A stretch of 63,983 nucleotides of DNA, filler included, from Octopus bimaculoides (taxonomy: Eukaryota): the NCBI RefSeq assembly GCF_001194135.2. It is 8 parts of 6 records of this genome, joined end to end, with 100 filler letters (N's around TTAATTAATTAA, not from the genome) between each part and the next. Parts side by side here need not be neighbours in the genome. Positions count along the whole stretch, not along the records: positions 14,035 to 30,228 come from NC_068993.1; positions 30,329 to 37,195 come from NC_069008.1; positions 37,296 to 46,888 come from NC_068995.1; 5 more parts are not named here. One strand, written 5' to 3'. Under the pieces are notes generated by a model. The model was not told the origin of the DNA. It did no database searches and was given only the letters and a program-made list of their open reading frames with translations. Numbering within the stretch: the first letter of the stretch is position 1; every line of letters begins with the position of its first letter. A program made the position numbers and the translations under genes. Below are positions 26,120 through 39,222 of the stretch, one piece after another.

Positions 26120-26915
26120 ATGGTATAATTATATATATATATACACCCACATATGTATATGTGTATATATAAAGGAATTTTCTTACGAGAAGATGGAATG
26201 AACATGTTTTATTACAAATCACTACAATCGTTTCAGCACACCAATATCAGCTTATAATTGTATATACATATATTTTGCATGTTATTACATTACTATGACC
26301 CAGCGAAAGCTGTATACGTGTGCATCTTCAGGTAAGCAAGGCCCAGATCACTGCTCGATCTGCTTTACCTTCCCTTTATTTTACACCCACGCCGTTATGC
26401 TATTTTTAACTAGGTTTTGTCACAGTTGCTTTTAACGTCATTAACGCAGGTTTTGAAACCAAGAAGGTTTACCCGTACGCACCATTATGCATATGTACAT
26501 AAATATTCATTTAACACCGATGTGCGTCGATACATATATCTATCTAAATATGTGCTCAAATTTTTCGCTCTCATGAATGTACATCTTCACATCCTATTCT
26601 ACTTATACGCATTCACATTTATTAAAACTTCGAATTTACACTTTAAAAACATATAAAACTATAGGGTAACCTTATTAGCTCTATTCGTTAACGAACAACA
26701 GGGGCAACAACAATAATTTTGCGACAACATGACTAACACTTTACTTTAGTGTGTTCGACTGGATTAAAGTCGAAATTCACTTCGGAGGTATTTGGACTGA
26801 GAACGACAAGACCCGTAGAAGACGACGTTGATCATTTTGTCTGGACCTCAAACGATTAAATCCATCAACTCCTGTAAGAATATTTGTAACCCGAAAAAAA
26901 CAGCCACATCACAAC

Positions 26916-26987
<72 letters not shown>
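26916..26987 (+). repeat. (TAG)n microsatellite
   Basis: Direct reading; followed by (TAA)n and a decayed SINE-C at about 27010-27200. Confidence 0.95.
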
Positions 26988-27751
26988 CATTGGTTTAATA
27001 ATAATAATAATAATAATAATGGTTTAAAATTTTGGCACAGGTCACTATTTTGTGAAGAGATTTAAGTCGATTACATCCGCTCTCGATGTTCAACCGGTGA
27101 TTATTTCATAGGCCTCGAAAGGATGAACGGCAAAGAGGAATTCAGTGCCATTTAAACTCTGGACGTAAAGCCAGTAGAAATGCCGGTGTGCTAAGAAATT
27201 TAAAAAAAAAAAAAAAACACTCTGCCTCCTATTAAGCTCGAGCATTAAATATCAAGCACACTCTATTCGTTTGGTATAGCATTTGAAGTCCAGCAAAGAT
27301 TATTGTAAGTCCAACCAAATACTGTAATCGTTGTGAACGATATTTTATAAATATTAATTAAATTTAAGCGAACAGAATATTTCCCTTGTCTGATTATAAC
27401 CTTTGGTTCAATTCTGTAATTCTATTGTTACTACAGGAGTTTTGTTATTATATTTTCAGATTCAGTATCACAAATGAATACCTCTTCACTTCCGGTTTGT
27501 AAATCTAATTGTAAAGATATTGTGCAGGAAATATGATTATGACTCAGTTTTCCTCAGAGAAAATAGATTAATTTGGCAATATATTTACAATATATTTACA
27601 AATGAATATTCCCAATGGGTTACTGAATATATGTATCGGTATCAGGAAGAAGTAACATCGGATCAATGTTTTCTATTCCCTATCTACCACTAGATTTCCA
27701 ACTATTCGAATAATTTGGAATATGTGTATACATACAAACAAATGTATATAT

Positions 27752-27800
<49 letters not shown>

Positions 27801-27805
27801 AGTGC

Positions 27806-27841
<36 letters not shown>

Positions 27842-29047
27842 GTGTGTACGTGTGTGTGTATGTCAACATTTATATTTTGAACGAAAATTAATTTATATAC
27901 CTGTACGCTATTTTTCTGGTCCCTGTGCAAACTGCTCGAAGATACCTATGATCCTTGATAAATATATGCTAGCTGTAACTTTTTAGTATTTTCGTTTTCA
28001 GCTAAGGATATGTAGAAATACATAACAATGTGTAACACGATTTTTGCCCTTGAAAACGAACTGTTATTTCGTATGTCGTTAACCCTAGAAAGTATGAATA
28101 TTGGTTAATATTTCTATGAAAATTTGCTTTTGTTGAATCTATTCAACCCCAAAGAATCCCTCTCAACACATGGTTATGATGCTCTCCCACTACTCCATGC
28201 ACATATTGTTAACCACAAAAGGACATGCTCAAGTGGTTAATATCAAACAACTGACAAGCAAATCTGTGGTACTGAGCAGACTATTTGTCATAACGATATT
28301 TCTGCACTGAATCTGTCTGAAACGTAATGGAAGATAGGTCAATTTGAAAATATTGATAACCAGGTCAGACATACTAAGTTTGAAGGGAATAAGAGTGATT
28401 TCCTTTGATTTCTAGACAGAAACAAATCGGAAATAACCCTTACTGACCAAACAAAAAATAAATAAATAAATACAGAGTGTAATCAAATCATATAAGCCAG
28501 TCGTCAAATTAGAGTGGTATTCTATCTAGCAGATATTTTTACCATACGTGAAACGTTTGAACGCAGAAACTAGATTCAGTTCATATCTGGTACCAGCAAT
28601 CCGTTGTCACATCATAATCCTGAATTCTGGAACAAAATTAACATCGACTGATTCGTAGATTATTCAATCTATATCGGTTACCCACCAGTATGAAAAAATA
28701 TATTCGGAAATGTCGCAGCTTGTTGAAATCTATATGGTCTTGGATGCGTCCTCTTTCCAACCTAGGCATGGCAATTGCCTCCAGCACCTCGTTGTGTCCA
28801 GTAGCATTAATTCTAAGACGTTGTTGAAACATTTGATTTGGTATGGTATGGTATGGCCTTCGTTGCCCTGCCCGCCTAGCCATAGGGTGGCATCATTTGA
28901 TGGCTAAAACAATGCAAAGTGCATTGTAACCAGCGATGTGTTACAGCACGTGATAGTTTGGTCGGTCACGTTATCACGTGAGATAAATACATACATAGAG
29001 GCGTTTGTGTGGTTAAAATGCAAATAAATATACATAGATACACACAG

Positions 29048-29079
<32 letters not shown>

Positions 29080-29147
29080 GTATGTATGTATGTATGTATG
29101 TGTGTATGTATGTATGTGTGTATGTATGTATGTGTGTATGTATGTAT

Positions 29148-29537
29148 GTTGTTGTTGTTGGCACGCCGTCGCTTATGACGTCGAGGGTTCCAGTTGATCT
29201 GATCAACGGAACAGCCTGCTCGTGAAATTAACGTGCAAGTGGCTGAGCACTCCACAGACACGTGTACCCTTAACGTAGTTCCCGGGGATATTCAGCGTGA
29301 CACAGTGTGACAAGGCTGACCCTTTGAATTACAGGCACAACAGAAACAGGAAGAAAGAGTGAGAGAAAGTTGTGGTTAAAGAGTACAGCAGGGTTCACCA
29401 ACATCCCCTGCCGGAGCGTCGTGGAGCTTTAGGTGTTTTCGCTCAGTAAATACTCACAACGCCCGGTCTGGGAATCGAAACCGCGATCCTATGACCGCGG
29501 GTTCGCTGCCCTAACCACTGGGCCAATGCGGCTCCAC
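29148..29537 (-). mobile_element. SINE family B, full length, (CAA)n tail
   Basis: Minus strand GTGGAGCCGCATTGGCCCAGTGGTTAGGGCAGCG...GGTTTCGATTCCC head; near-identical to 60392-60779. Confidence 0.9.
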
Positions 29538-30328
29538 ATGTATGTATGTATTTCAGGCGTTTCAACTTCAATCGTCAATATACACATCAGTAATTCTTGG
29601 AATTTTAACAGTCTACTTAAGCTTTATTCTGAAGAAGAAGAATGTTCAGCATTATTTTGTGCCGACCCAAACTTTCAAGTGATATTGAGTAGAGGAATGA
29701 CAGCCACAGCGCATGCCCCGTTAATTTCAATATAAAGGTTTATTACACATTACCTTAGTGACAGTTAGCTTCCAATTAAGTTCTTGAGTATTCATCAGCC
29801 ATTGTCAACGAGCTAAAAATTCAAGTGCTTGGAAAGAGTAATGATAATTCTAGAAAAGTACAAATATTCATTTACTGGTTTCCTTTGTTAAACTATATGT
29901 ATAGACCTGTATAATTTCTCGTGAGAATATTCTAGTAATCATAAGTTACGTAGCATATTTCGCAATGCCAGCATTTTGATGAGATGGAAAACAATGAAAA
30001 ATTATAAAATACAGAATCAATAATATCTCTCAAGTTGATCTATACATGTATGTATTTATGTGATGAAAGTACGTATGTATGTATCTATGTATGTGTGTGT
30101 GTATGTATGTATGTATGTATAGAGATTTAAGGTACCGTTTGTTAGCTAGGTAGAGACGTATGTCGGTCTGTATGTATGATGTATGCATGTGGATGTATGT
30201 ATGTATATATATATATATATATATATATNNNNNNNNNNNNNNNNNNNNNNNNNNNNNNNNNNNNNNNNNNNNTTAATTAATTAANNNNNNNNNNNNNNNN
30301 NNNNNNNNNNNNNNNNNNNNNNNNNNNN

Positions 30329-30582
30329 CGGGTGGCACATAAAATACGCCATTATGAGCGTGGCCGTTGCCAGTACCGCCTGACTGGCCTTCGTGGCGGT
30401 GACACGTAAAAGCACCCACTACACTCTCTGAGTGGTTGGCGTTAGGAAGGGCATCCAGCTGTAGAAACTCTGCTAGATCAGATTGGAGCCTGGTGTAGCC
30501 ATCCGGTTTCACCAGTCCTCAGTCAAATCGTCCAACCCATGCTAGCATGGAAAGCGGACGTTAAAAGACGATGAGGATGATG

Positions 30583-30585
<3 letters not shown>
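30329..30585 (+). mobile_element. RTE-type LINE 3' UTR fragment, (GAT)n tail
   Basis: GGCGTTAGGAAGGGCATCCAGCTGTAGAAAC...GGACGTTAAA(GAT)n, related to the 3' end of the RTE at 44420-44650. Confidence 0.75.
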
Positions 30586-30624
<39 letters not shown>

Positions 30625-30844
30625 AACACAAACACAATATTTCATTCTGTAAAAAGATTCTGCATATTTCTTTGACTTCTATAGTCAATGTGCTCAAAAA
30701 CTGTACACTCAAGTTGGTTTCATTACATTAATGGTCTTGATTGTGCCTCCAATTCTGATCTATAGTTGAGGTTGCTTAAAGCATAACAACCCAAAACGCT
30801 AACACATCAAGATGAGTCGGCATATCTTAAATAACATTATAGAT

Positions 30845-30895
<51 letters not shown>

Positions 30896-32170
30896 CCTTT
30901 TTCAATTAAGGTCAGAGGGAACATGATACATTTGCTGAGGTAAACCTATTTCAGAAAGAAGCTAATATATCGCAGAAAGAAGCTGGCTGGCTGGCTGGCT
31001 GGCTGGCTGGGTTGTGTGGGTAGGAGTAAATGAAATTGTCCAACATAAATAGGTATGTTAAACTAGAAAACATCAAATGTGGCAGATGTCTCTAGGAGTG
31101 TGTGTGTGTGTGTGTGTGTGATTTGAGACTTGTGGCTATGGTGCTGGAATTGAATACATGAAAACTACAGACCTCTGGTAGTAAATTTAGAGCACTTAGC
31201 ATTAAAGTGCAGCTCTTGGATGTCAGACAATTAAAGATATACATTGCTGTTGCTGTTGCTGTTGTTGTTGTTCTTATTTAGCCCACTGCCCCCTTCTAAT
31301 CCTTTACTCTACAGACCTAATGATCAAAACATAATTCAGCCATGGCAATCACGTATTATTTTCCAAACGTTTATGTGTGACTCTGTGTGTGTGTGTGTGT
31401 GTGTGTGTGCGTGCATGAGTGTATTTGTATGTGTACATGTGTTTGTGTGTGTATATGTGTGTGTGTATATGTGTGCGTGCACGTGCAATTGTATGTATAT
31501 GGGTTTGTGTGTGTGCAGGTGTGTGCGAGTGTATATGTATGTATGTGTATATGTGGGGGGNNNNNNNNNNATTTGTATGTGTACATGTGTTTGTGTGTGT
31601 ATATGTGTGTGTGTATATGTGTGCGTGCACGTGCAATTGTATGTATATGGGTTTGTGTGTGTGTGCATATATGTGTGCAGGTGTGTTCAAGTGTATATGT
31701 ATGTATGTGGGGGGGAGTGTGTGTGTGTGTGTGTTTGTGTTTGTGTGTGTGTGTGTGTGTGTGTGCAACTGTAATTTTTGGTAGCTAAGATCACATTATT
31801 TAATGAATCCTAACCATGCAAACCCGTAACTGCCAAACCAGTTGTGACCACCCAGTCTTAATTTCTTTTTTTTTTTTTGCATATGGACTACATTATCTAA
31901 TTATCTGATGTGTCCTTTCTCTTTTTAAAGATAGTAAAAAGCGAGATTTGAGGGAGATACAACTGCTATTTCTAGCACACCAAGGGGCCATATAGACAGG
32001 CTGAAAACATGGCCACCATTATCATCATCATTTAATGTGTTCTCCATGCTGGCAAAAGGGCTGGATGGTTCAACTGGAACCGACAAGCTAGAGGACAAGC
32101 CTGCTCCCTCAACCTGTTAAGGGCCAAGGGCTGAAGACAGCAAGGCAACACCCAATTCATTCCTCTCCTC

Positions 32171-32590
32171 CAGGAGTGGCTGTGTGGTAAGTAGCTTGCT
32201 TACCAACCACACGGTTCCGGGTTCATTCCCACTGCATGGCACCTTGGGCAAGTGTCTCCTACTATAGCCTCAGGCCGACCAAAGCCTTGTGAGTGGATTT
32301 GGTAGACGGAAACTGAAAGAAGCCTGTCGCATATATGTATATATATATATATGCATATGTATGTGTGTGTATATATTTGTGTGTCTGCGTTTATCCCCCA
32401 CCCCCAACATTGCTTGACAACCGATGCTGGTGTGTTTACGTCCCCGTAACTTAGTGGTTCGGCAATTCGGCAAAAGAGACCGATAGAATAAGTACTAGGC
32501 TTCCAAAGAATAAGTCCTGGGGTCGATTCGCTCCACTAAAGGCGGTGCTCCAGCATGGCTACAGTCAAATGACTGAAACGAGTAAAAGAG
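32171..32590 (+). mobile_element. SINE family A
   Basis: CAGGAGTGGCTGTGTGGTAAG...GGTTCATTCCC head, internal (TA)n, standard tail. Confidence 0.9.
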
Positions 32591-32668
32591 TGGAAAAAAA
32601 AAGAAAGTAAAAGAGTATACGGGAAAGACCCAGACCTACCTCTTCATACAACAGACGCTAAATCATCT

Positions 32669-32706
<38 letters not shown>

Positions 32707-33547
32707 AAACACACACACACACACACACACATACAATACAGCTCTCGTCAACTCGGTAAAATTTCTTTCTCTGCAAGCAATAAGCTAGCACTAACCATCC
32801 TCGTCACTAGACACTGAAATATGTCACCTAGGCAACCAGAACTTGGTCGACCATGGTGATCTATAATCCTCCATTATTGGTTTGTCATAATTCTAGAATC
32901 GTGGCCAACAAGGTTTGGTGGTTTCGGAGCTTATTTTAGAGACAAACATTTCTTGCTCAAGCCATCTTTACTGTGAAGGGAATGCATAGTACTAAATACA
33001 TGGCACCTTGTTTAGGATGATGAAACTATTTCTTTGTACCATCTCCAACAGATACCTAAACTCAACCCCAAGTGAATAGGGTCACCCCTACTCAGCCTGC
33101 TAGAAATAGCAGTTGAATTTACATTCAAGTCAGACCTTGCAATTGTTTTAAAATCTGAGATACATTTAACAATGTGATCCTTGATACACCATGCCTGAAA
33201 ACTGGACGGCACTTCTACATGGCTGCTTGAAAGAGAACCCAAACCTCCCTCAAATCACACCCAACTGCCTGAACAAAAAAAAAAAAGACATGCTGGTGAA
33301 TGTGCTCTAAGTAAAAGGCAGGATGGTCATAGTTGGAATTCTTTTTCTCGTTTGATCATAAGGCTGTTTGATCATGTCTGACCTAGGGTTAAAAGGTCAT
33401 GGCTCAATGAAAGCTGGCCTGGGGCTAAACAAAGAAATACAGTGCAACGATGACAACATTAGATAACGTAGTCCTAGATGCACTATACCTGAGTTAGCCT
33501 GAGCTTCATCAACAAGGAAGGACACACCAAATAATGTAGTCCTAGAT

Positions 33548-33947
33548 ACTCTTTTACTCTTTTACTTGTTTCAGTCATTTGACTGCGGCCATGCTGGAGC
33601 ACCGCCATTTGTCGAGCAAATCGACCCCAGGACTTATTCTTTGGAAGCCTAGTATGTATTCTATCGGTCTTTTTAGCCGAACCGCTAAGTTACAAGGACG
33701 TAAACACACCAGCATCGGTTGTCAAATGATGTTGGAGAGACAAACACAGACACACACACACACATATATATATATACGTATATACGACGGGCTTCTTTCA
33801 GTTTCCGTCTACCAAATCCACTCTCAAGGCTTTGGTCGGCCCGAGGCTATAGTAGAAGACACTTGCCCAAGGTGCCGCGCAGTGGGACTGAACCCGGATC
33901 CATGTGGTTGGTAAGCAAGCTACTTACCACACAGCCACTCCCACGCC
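33548..33947 (-). mobile_element. SINE family A
   Basis: Matches the family consensus end to end. Confidence 0.9.
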
Positions 33948-34468
33948 TACACTATGGCTGAATAAAAGAAAGGGATGGTTACAACTGAGACCCCTTTGGT
34001 TGCAGGTTTGCTGGATCAGGACTGACTAAAGAATAAATGAATAAAGAATAAACAAAGACGATGACGAGTGATCCCATAACTGAAATCACCAAAGGAGGCT
34101 CTACAATGAACCGACTGGCTAGAAGTAGCAACCATGTCTCCCTTAACTCACACTTGCAAGTCCAACGCCCTAACCACTAAGCCACATACCTCCGCATTGC
34201 AAGGCATTGCAATGCCTTGCAAACTGGAAAAATGTTCCTGTAGTTGTTGATAGGAATAAAAAATTTAAAAAATATTAAATGCAAATGCACGTCTGAAGGA
34301 AGTTGCGTGCGATCAAAGATACAGCAATATCTCAGCGGTCACTCATGTGTGAAGAATCTGGTTTGGTTTGATTAACCTGATCAATCATCTCTGAAAATCA
34401 TGTCATGGCTAATTATCTGGAGTTGCAACGCATCCTTGCATGTGATAGACAAAAACACTCTGCTAATG

Positions 34469-34840
34469 GGCGCATGAGTGGCTGTGTGGTAAGTAGCTTG
34501 CTTACTAACCACATGGTTCCGGGTTCAGTCCCTCTGTCTTCTACTACAGCCTCGGGCCAACCAAAGCCTTGTGAGTGGATTTGGTAGACGGAAACTGAAA
34601 GAAGCCAGTCGTATATATGTATATGTATATATATGTGTGTTTGTCCCCCTAGCAATGATTGACAACCGATGCTGGTGTGTTTATGTCCCCGTAACTTAGC
34701 GGTTCGGCAAAACAGACCGATAGAATAAGTACTAGGCTTACAAAGAATAAGTCCCGGGGTCGATTTGCTCGACTAAAGGCGGTGCTCCAGCATAGCCGCA
34801 GTCAAATGACTGAATCAAGTAAAAGAGAAAAAGAAAAGAG
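34469..34840 (+). mobile_element. SINE family A with a short deletion after the B-box
   Basis: GGTTCAGTCCC is joined directly to TCTGTCTTCTACTAC, lacking the GGCACCTTGGGCAAG segment. Confidence 0.85.
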
Positions 34841-34869
34841 AGTAATAATTTGCGTAATGGCACAACTAT

Positions 34870-35790
34870 GAAGAAGTCTGCTCAGCTCTCGTGGTTCTTG
34901 GTTCAAACCCAGTTATGGCATTTTGGGTACGCATGTTCTGAAACAGCTTTCTCAGTAAAAAAAAAAGAGAAAAAAACAAAAAAAAACTAGAATCAATCAT
35001 CACATGGTTGGTTAAGAAGTTTGACCTGTAATCAAAGGGTACCAGGTTCAATCTCAGCGGTAAGAAGTTTGCTTTGCTATCACGTGGTTCCAGGTTCAAA
35101 CCCAGTCATGGCATCTCGGGCCAATCATCACATGGTTGGTTAAGGAGTTTGACCTGTAATCAAAGGATACCAGNNNNNNNNNNGTACCAGGTTCAATCTC
35201 AGCGGTAAGAAGTTTGCTTTGCTATCACGTGGTTCCAGGTTCAAACCCAGTCATGGCATCTCGGGCCAATCATCACATGGTTGGTTAACAAAATTGACCT
35301 GTAATCAAAGGATACCAGGTTCAATCTCAGTGGTAAGAAGTTTGCTTTGCTATCACGTGGTTCCAGGTTCAAACCCAGTTATGGCATCTCGGGCCAATCA
35401 TCACATGGTTGGTTAAGGAGTTTGACCTGTAATCAAAGGATACCAGGTTCAATCTCAGCGGTAAGAAGTTTGCTTTGCTATCACATGGTTCCAGGTTCAA
35501 ACCCAGTTATGGCATCTCGGGCCAATCATCACATGGTTGGTTAAGGAGTTTGACCTGTAATNNNNNNNNNNTGGTAAGAAGTTTGCTTTGCTATCACGTG
35601 GTTCCAGGTTCAAACCCAGTTATGGCATCTTGGGTAAGCATCTTCTAAAAGAGCTTTCTCAGTAAAAAAAAAACAAAAACTAGAATCAATCATCACATGG
35701 TTGGTTAAGAAGTTCCACCTGTAATCGAAGGGTACTGAGTTCAACCTCAGCTTGTGGTATTTTAGGCAAATGTTTTCTATTGTTCCTTTC
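34870..35790 (+). repeat. 128-bp tandem array of paired tRNA-like heads
   Basis: AATCATCACATGG occurs at 34995, 35123, 35268, 35396, 35524 and 35688. Spacing is exactly 128 bp where no gap intervenes; there are two small N gaps. Confidence 0.9.
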
Positions 35791-35999
35791 AGTCATTGAT
35801 TTTTTTTTTTACTTGTTCCAGTCATTGGACTGTGGCTATCCTGGGGTACTGCCAACCCCAGTTCTCAATTTTTGAGCCTGGTACTTATTCTATACAAGGA
35901 CATTAACAAACCAACATAGGTTGTCAAGTGGTGGTGGGAAACAAATACAAATACACACACACACACACACATATACATATATATATATATATATATATC

Positions 36000-36168
36000 A
36001 TCACCGTCGTCGTCGTTTAACGTCCGCTTTCCATGCTAGCATGGGTTGGACGATTTGACTGAGGACTGGTGAAACCAGATGGCTACACCAGGCTCCAATC
36101 TGATTTGGCAGAGTTTCTACAGCTGGATGCCCTTCCTAACGCCAACCACTCAGAGAGTGTTGTGGGTG
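36000..36168 (-). mobile_element. RTE-type 3' UTR fragment
   Basis: Reverse complement of the 30329 and 38725 repeats. Confidence 0.8.
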
Positions 36169-36224
36169 CTTATATATATACACACACACACAATGAGCTT
36201 CTTTTCAGTTTCTGTCTACTACCA

Positions 36225-36772
36225 AATCCACTTACAATCCTAAAGAGGGTCTTCATCCACATAAGGTGCTGTTATCTGTTTGGTGGGATATGAAAGGTTT
36301 AATCCACTTTGAACTTTTAAACCTGAACGAAATGATAACAAAGGATATCTACTCCAAGCAACTTGAGCAGCATAAGTCAGTGCTAGAAAGAAAAACGACT
36401 ATCTTTGGTTCCAAGACGAAAGGGGTTCTTCCATCGGGATAATGCTCAGCCACATATAAGTGAGGATGATGGAAAAAATGTCCCACCCACCATATTCGTT
36501 GGACATTGCCCCATCTGATTATTACTTATTTTGCAGTCTTCAAAATCATTTGGATGGAAAAGAGATGAATTCTGTAGATGAGGTCAGATCAGTACTGGAG
36601 TGGTATTTATCATCATGGACAAGTGAATTTTGGAAGAGAGGCCTTGCAAGTCTACCAGATAGATGGAAGAGCATTGTAGAAAATGAAGGAGAGTGTATTT
36701 TAGATTAAAAAAAGGGCTCCATCTTAATTTTGAAAAATAAAGAAGAATATAAAACACTATGGGATGACCCAA
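36225..36772 (+). mobile_element. mariner (Mos1/Hsmar-like) transposase 3' half, pseudogene
   Basis: LHPHKVLLSVWWDMKG, HRDNAQPH, HPPYSLDIAPSDYYLF, RWKSIVENEG. Terminus GGGATGACCCAA|TA (TA at 36773-36774). Confidence 0.92.
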
Positions 36773-36811
36773 TATTTAAGAGTCAACAAGGGAGACATAT
36801 ATATATATATA

Positions 36812-37041
36812 TTTCTTTATTGCCCACAAGGGGCTAAACATAGTGGGAACAAACAAGGATAGACAAACGGATTGAGTCGATTACATCGACCCCAGTGTGT
36901 AACTGGTACTTTATTTATCGACCCCGAAAGGATGAAAGGCAAAGTCGACCCCAGCGGAATTTGAACTCAGAAAGTAACGGCAGACGAAATACTGCTAAGC
37001 ATTTCGCCCGGCGTGCTAACGTTTCTGCCAGCTCGACGCCC
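36812..37041 (-). mobile_element. SINE family C, well preserved
   Basis: Minus strand GGCGTCGAGCTGGCAGAAACGTTAGC...GAGTTCAAATTCC...TTTGCCTTTCATCCTTTCGGGGTCGATAAAT. Further copies lie at about 37296-37680, 38176-38350, 40980-41435, 42487-42702 and 53872-54050 (+). Confidence 0.88.
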
Positions 37042-37961
37042 ATATATATATATATATATATATACAATGAAGCTAGACCTGAAAGAAATAACAGTCAATT
37101 TCCTTCGATTCACACCCAACTGTCTTATGCATGTATGTATGAGCTAATAGGGCAGACCATTACATGTTAGCCACATCTGGTAGAAATAGCAGCCANNNNN
37201 NNNNNNNNNNNNNNNNNNNNNNNNNNNNNNNNNNNNNNNTTAATTAATTAANNNNNNNNNNNNNNNNNNNNNNNNNNNNNNNNNNNNNNNNNNNNCCAGT
37301 CGATTAGATCAGCCCCAGTATGCAACTGGTACTTAATTTATTGACCCCGAAAGGATGAAAGGCAAAGTCAACCTTGGTGGAATTTGAACTCAGAACATAA
37401 AGACAGACAGAATACCGCGAAGCATTTTGCCTGGTGTGCTAATGTTTCTTATTTCTTTACTGCCCACAAGGGGCTACACACAGAGGGGACAAACAAGGGC
37501 AGACAAACAGATTAAGTCGATTATATTGACACCAGTGCATAACTGGTACTTATTTAATCGACCCCGAAAGGATGAAAGGCAAAGTTGACCTCGTCAGAAT
37601 TTTAACTCAGAATGTAGCAGCAGACGAAATGCCGCTAAGCATTTTGCACAGCATGCTAACGTTTCTGCCAGCTCACCGCCTTTGGCTTGAAATACTGAAG
37701 AGAAAAACCAATCATGTAGCATCTCTAGAGTTTACTGCTGCATCTACTACACATGATTAATTTTCAAAGCTATATAATTTTTGAAGTAGAAAACTTGTTT
37801 TACATTAAGTAAAAAATTACTGCCATTTTCACAAAATTTATAGCCAAAGCTTTATATCAGGAAATATTTCTTTTTCCACTTAGAAAATTATTTAATATTG
37901 ACTCAGTCAAATTGGCATCATTTATATGAATTTTCTTGTTTTCATTCCAGTCTTCTCTCAG

Positions 37962-38033
37962 GCTAAAAAGAAGAAATTATTGGCTGTCAACTCTATTCAG
38001 CAACCATGTAAGCGACTAATGATTTACAGTCGG
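37962..38033 (+). CDS. Candidate exon (72 nt) of an unidentified gene
   Basis: TCTTCTCTCAG acceptor, GTAAGT donor, open frame AKKKKLLAVNSIQQPCKRLMIYSR. Confidence 0.25.
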
Positions 38034-38724
38034 GTAAGTTTTCTTTGAATATTACCAACACATATTTTATTTATATTTCAATGCTTTTATTTATTTTGTA
38101 TGAAAATATTTTTTCCTTTTGCTTTTATTACTAAAAAATAATCATTTAACAATAATGGTTTCAAATTTTGGCACAAAGCCAGCAATTTCAGGGATAGGAG
38201 TAAGTTGATTACAACTACTAATTTAATCAACCCCAAAAGGATGAAGGCAAAGTTCATCTCATTGGAGTTTGTTCTCAGAATGTAAAGACAGATAAAATAC
38301 TGCTTAGTATTTTGCCTGGTGTGTTCACAATTCTGCTAGCTTGCAGCCTTATAACCATTTTATAATTTTATACTGTAATAAGAGCTGCGTCTGTCCGTCT
38401 ATCCGAAGCCAACAGTAATTAGATAGAGGAAAAGTAGAGAGAGAGAGAGAGAGAGGAATGTAGAGAAGTAGAGTTGAGAAGGGGAGGGAGAAAAAGAGAG
38501 ACAGAAGAATTTACCAGATTAGGAACAAGTAGACATCATAATGAAAATGTAAAAAGACTTACGTGTAATGTTGGCTACACGGAAATAGTGTAAATATTGA
38601 TATGCTGCCTATGTAATAAGTACAGATTTGCTTAATAATTTCTTTGTTATTTTATTACTGATTTTGTAAAGTATTTGTATAAATAAGAAATCAAAATCGA
38701 GTTAAATTTGACACTAAACTCCAC

Positions 38725-39222
38725 TTGCTAAGACCTGTTGAGGCAAGTGAAATCGAACTAAATTCGACGACTGGCACCCATGCCAACGTCGTCTCCCTCA
38801 TTGGACATGAAACTCAGCTTGCGAAGACTTATTGGGGCAAGCGAAAGCAAAATTGTGATGGCACCTGTGCCCAGCGTCGCCTTTCTGGCACTTGTGCCCG
38901 TGGCATGTGTAAGGATTTCCGAGCGAGATCGTTGCCAGCGCCCCTGGACTGGCTCTTGTGTGGGTGGCACATAAAATACACCATTTTGAGCGTGACCGTT
39001 GCCAGTACTGCCTAACTGGCCTTCATGCGGGTGGCACGTAAAAGCACCCACTACACTCTCTGAGTGGTTGGCGTTAGGAAGGGCATCCAGCTGTAGAAAC
39101 TCTCCCAAATTAGATTGGAGCCTGGTGTAGCCATCTGGTTTCACCAGTCCTCAGTCAAATCGTCCAGCCCATGCTAGCATGGAAAGCGGACGTTAAACGA
39201 CGACGATGATGATGATGATGAT
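38725..39222 (+). mobile_element. RTE-type LINE long 3' UTR, 5'-truncated
   Basis: Internal sub-repeats GGTGGCAC.TAAAA and a (GAT)n tail; the same family as 30329. Confidence 0.8.

Noticed and set aside
31384-31720. Tandem duplication of about 150 bp of TG-rich sequence
   Set aside because: Near-identical copies sit either side of a 10-N gap, typical of an unmerged contig overlap.
34995-35700. CRISPR-like array
   Set aside because: Units are near-identical along their whole length with no unique spacers, there are no cas genes, and the context is eukaryotic.
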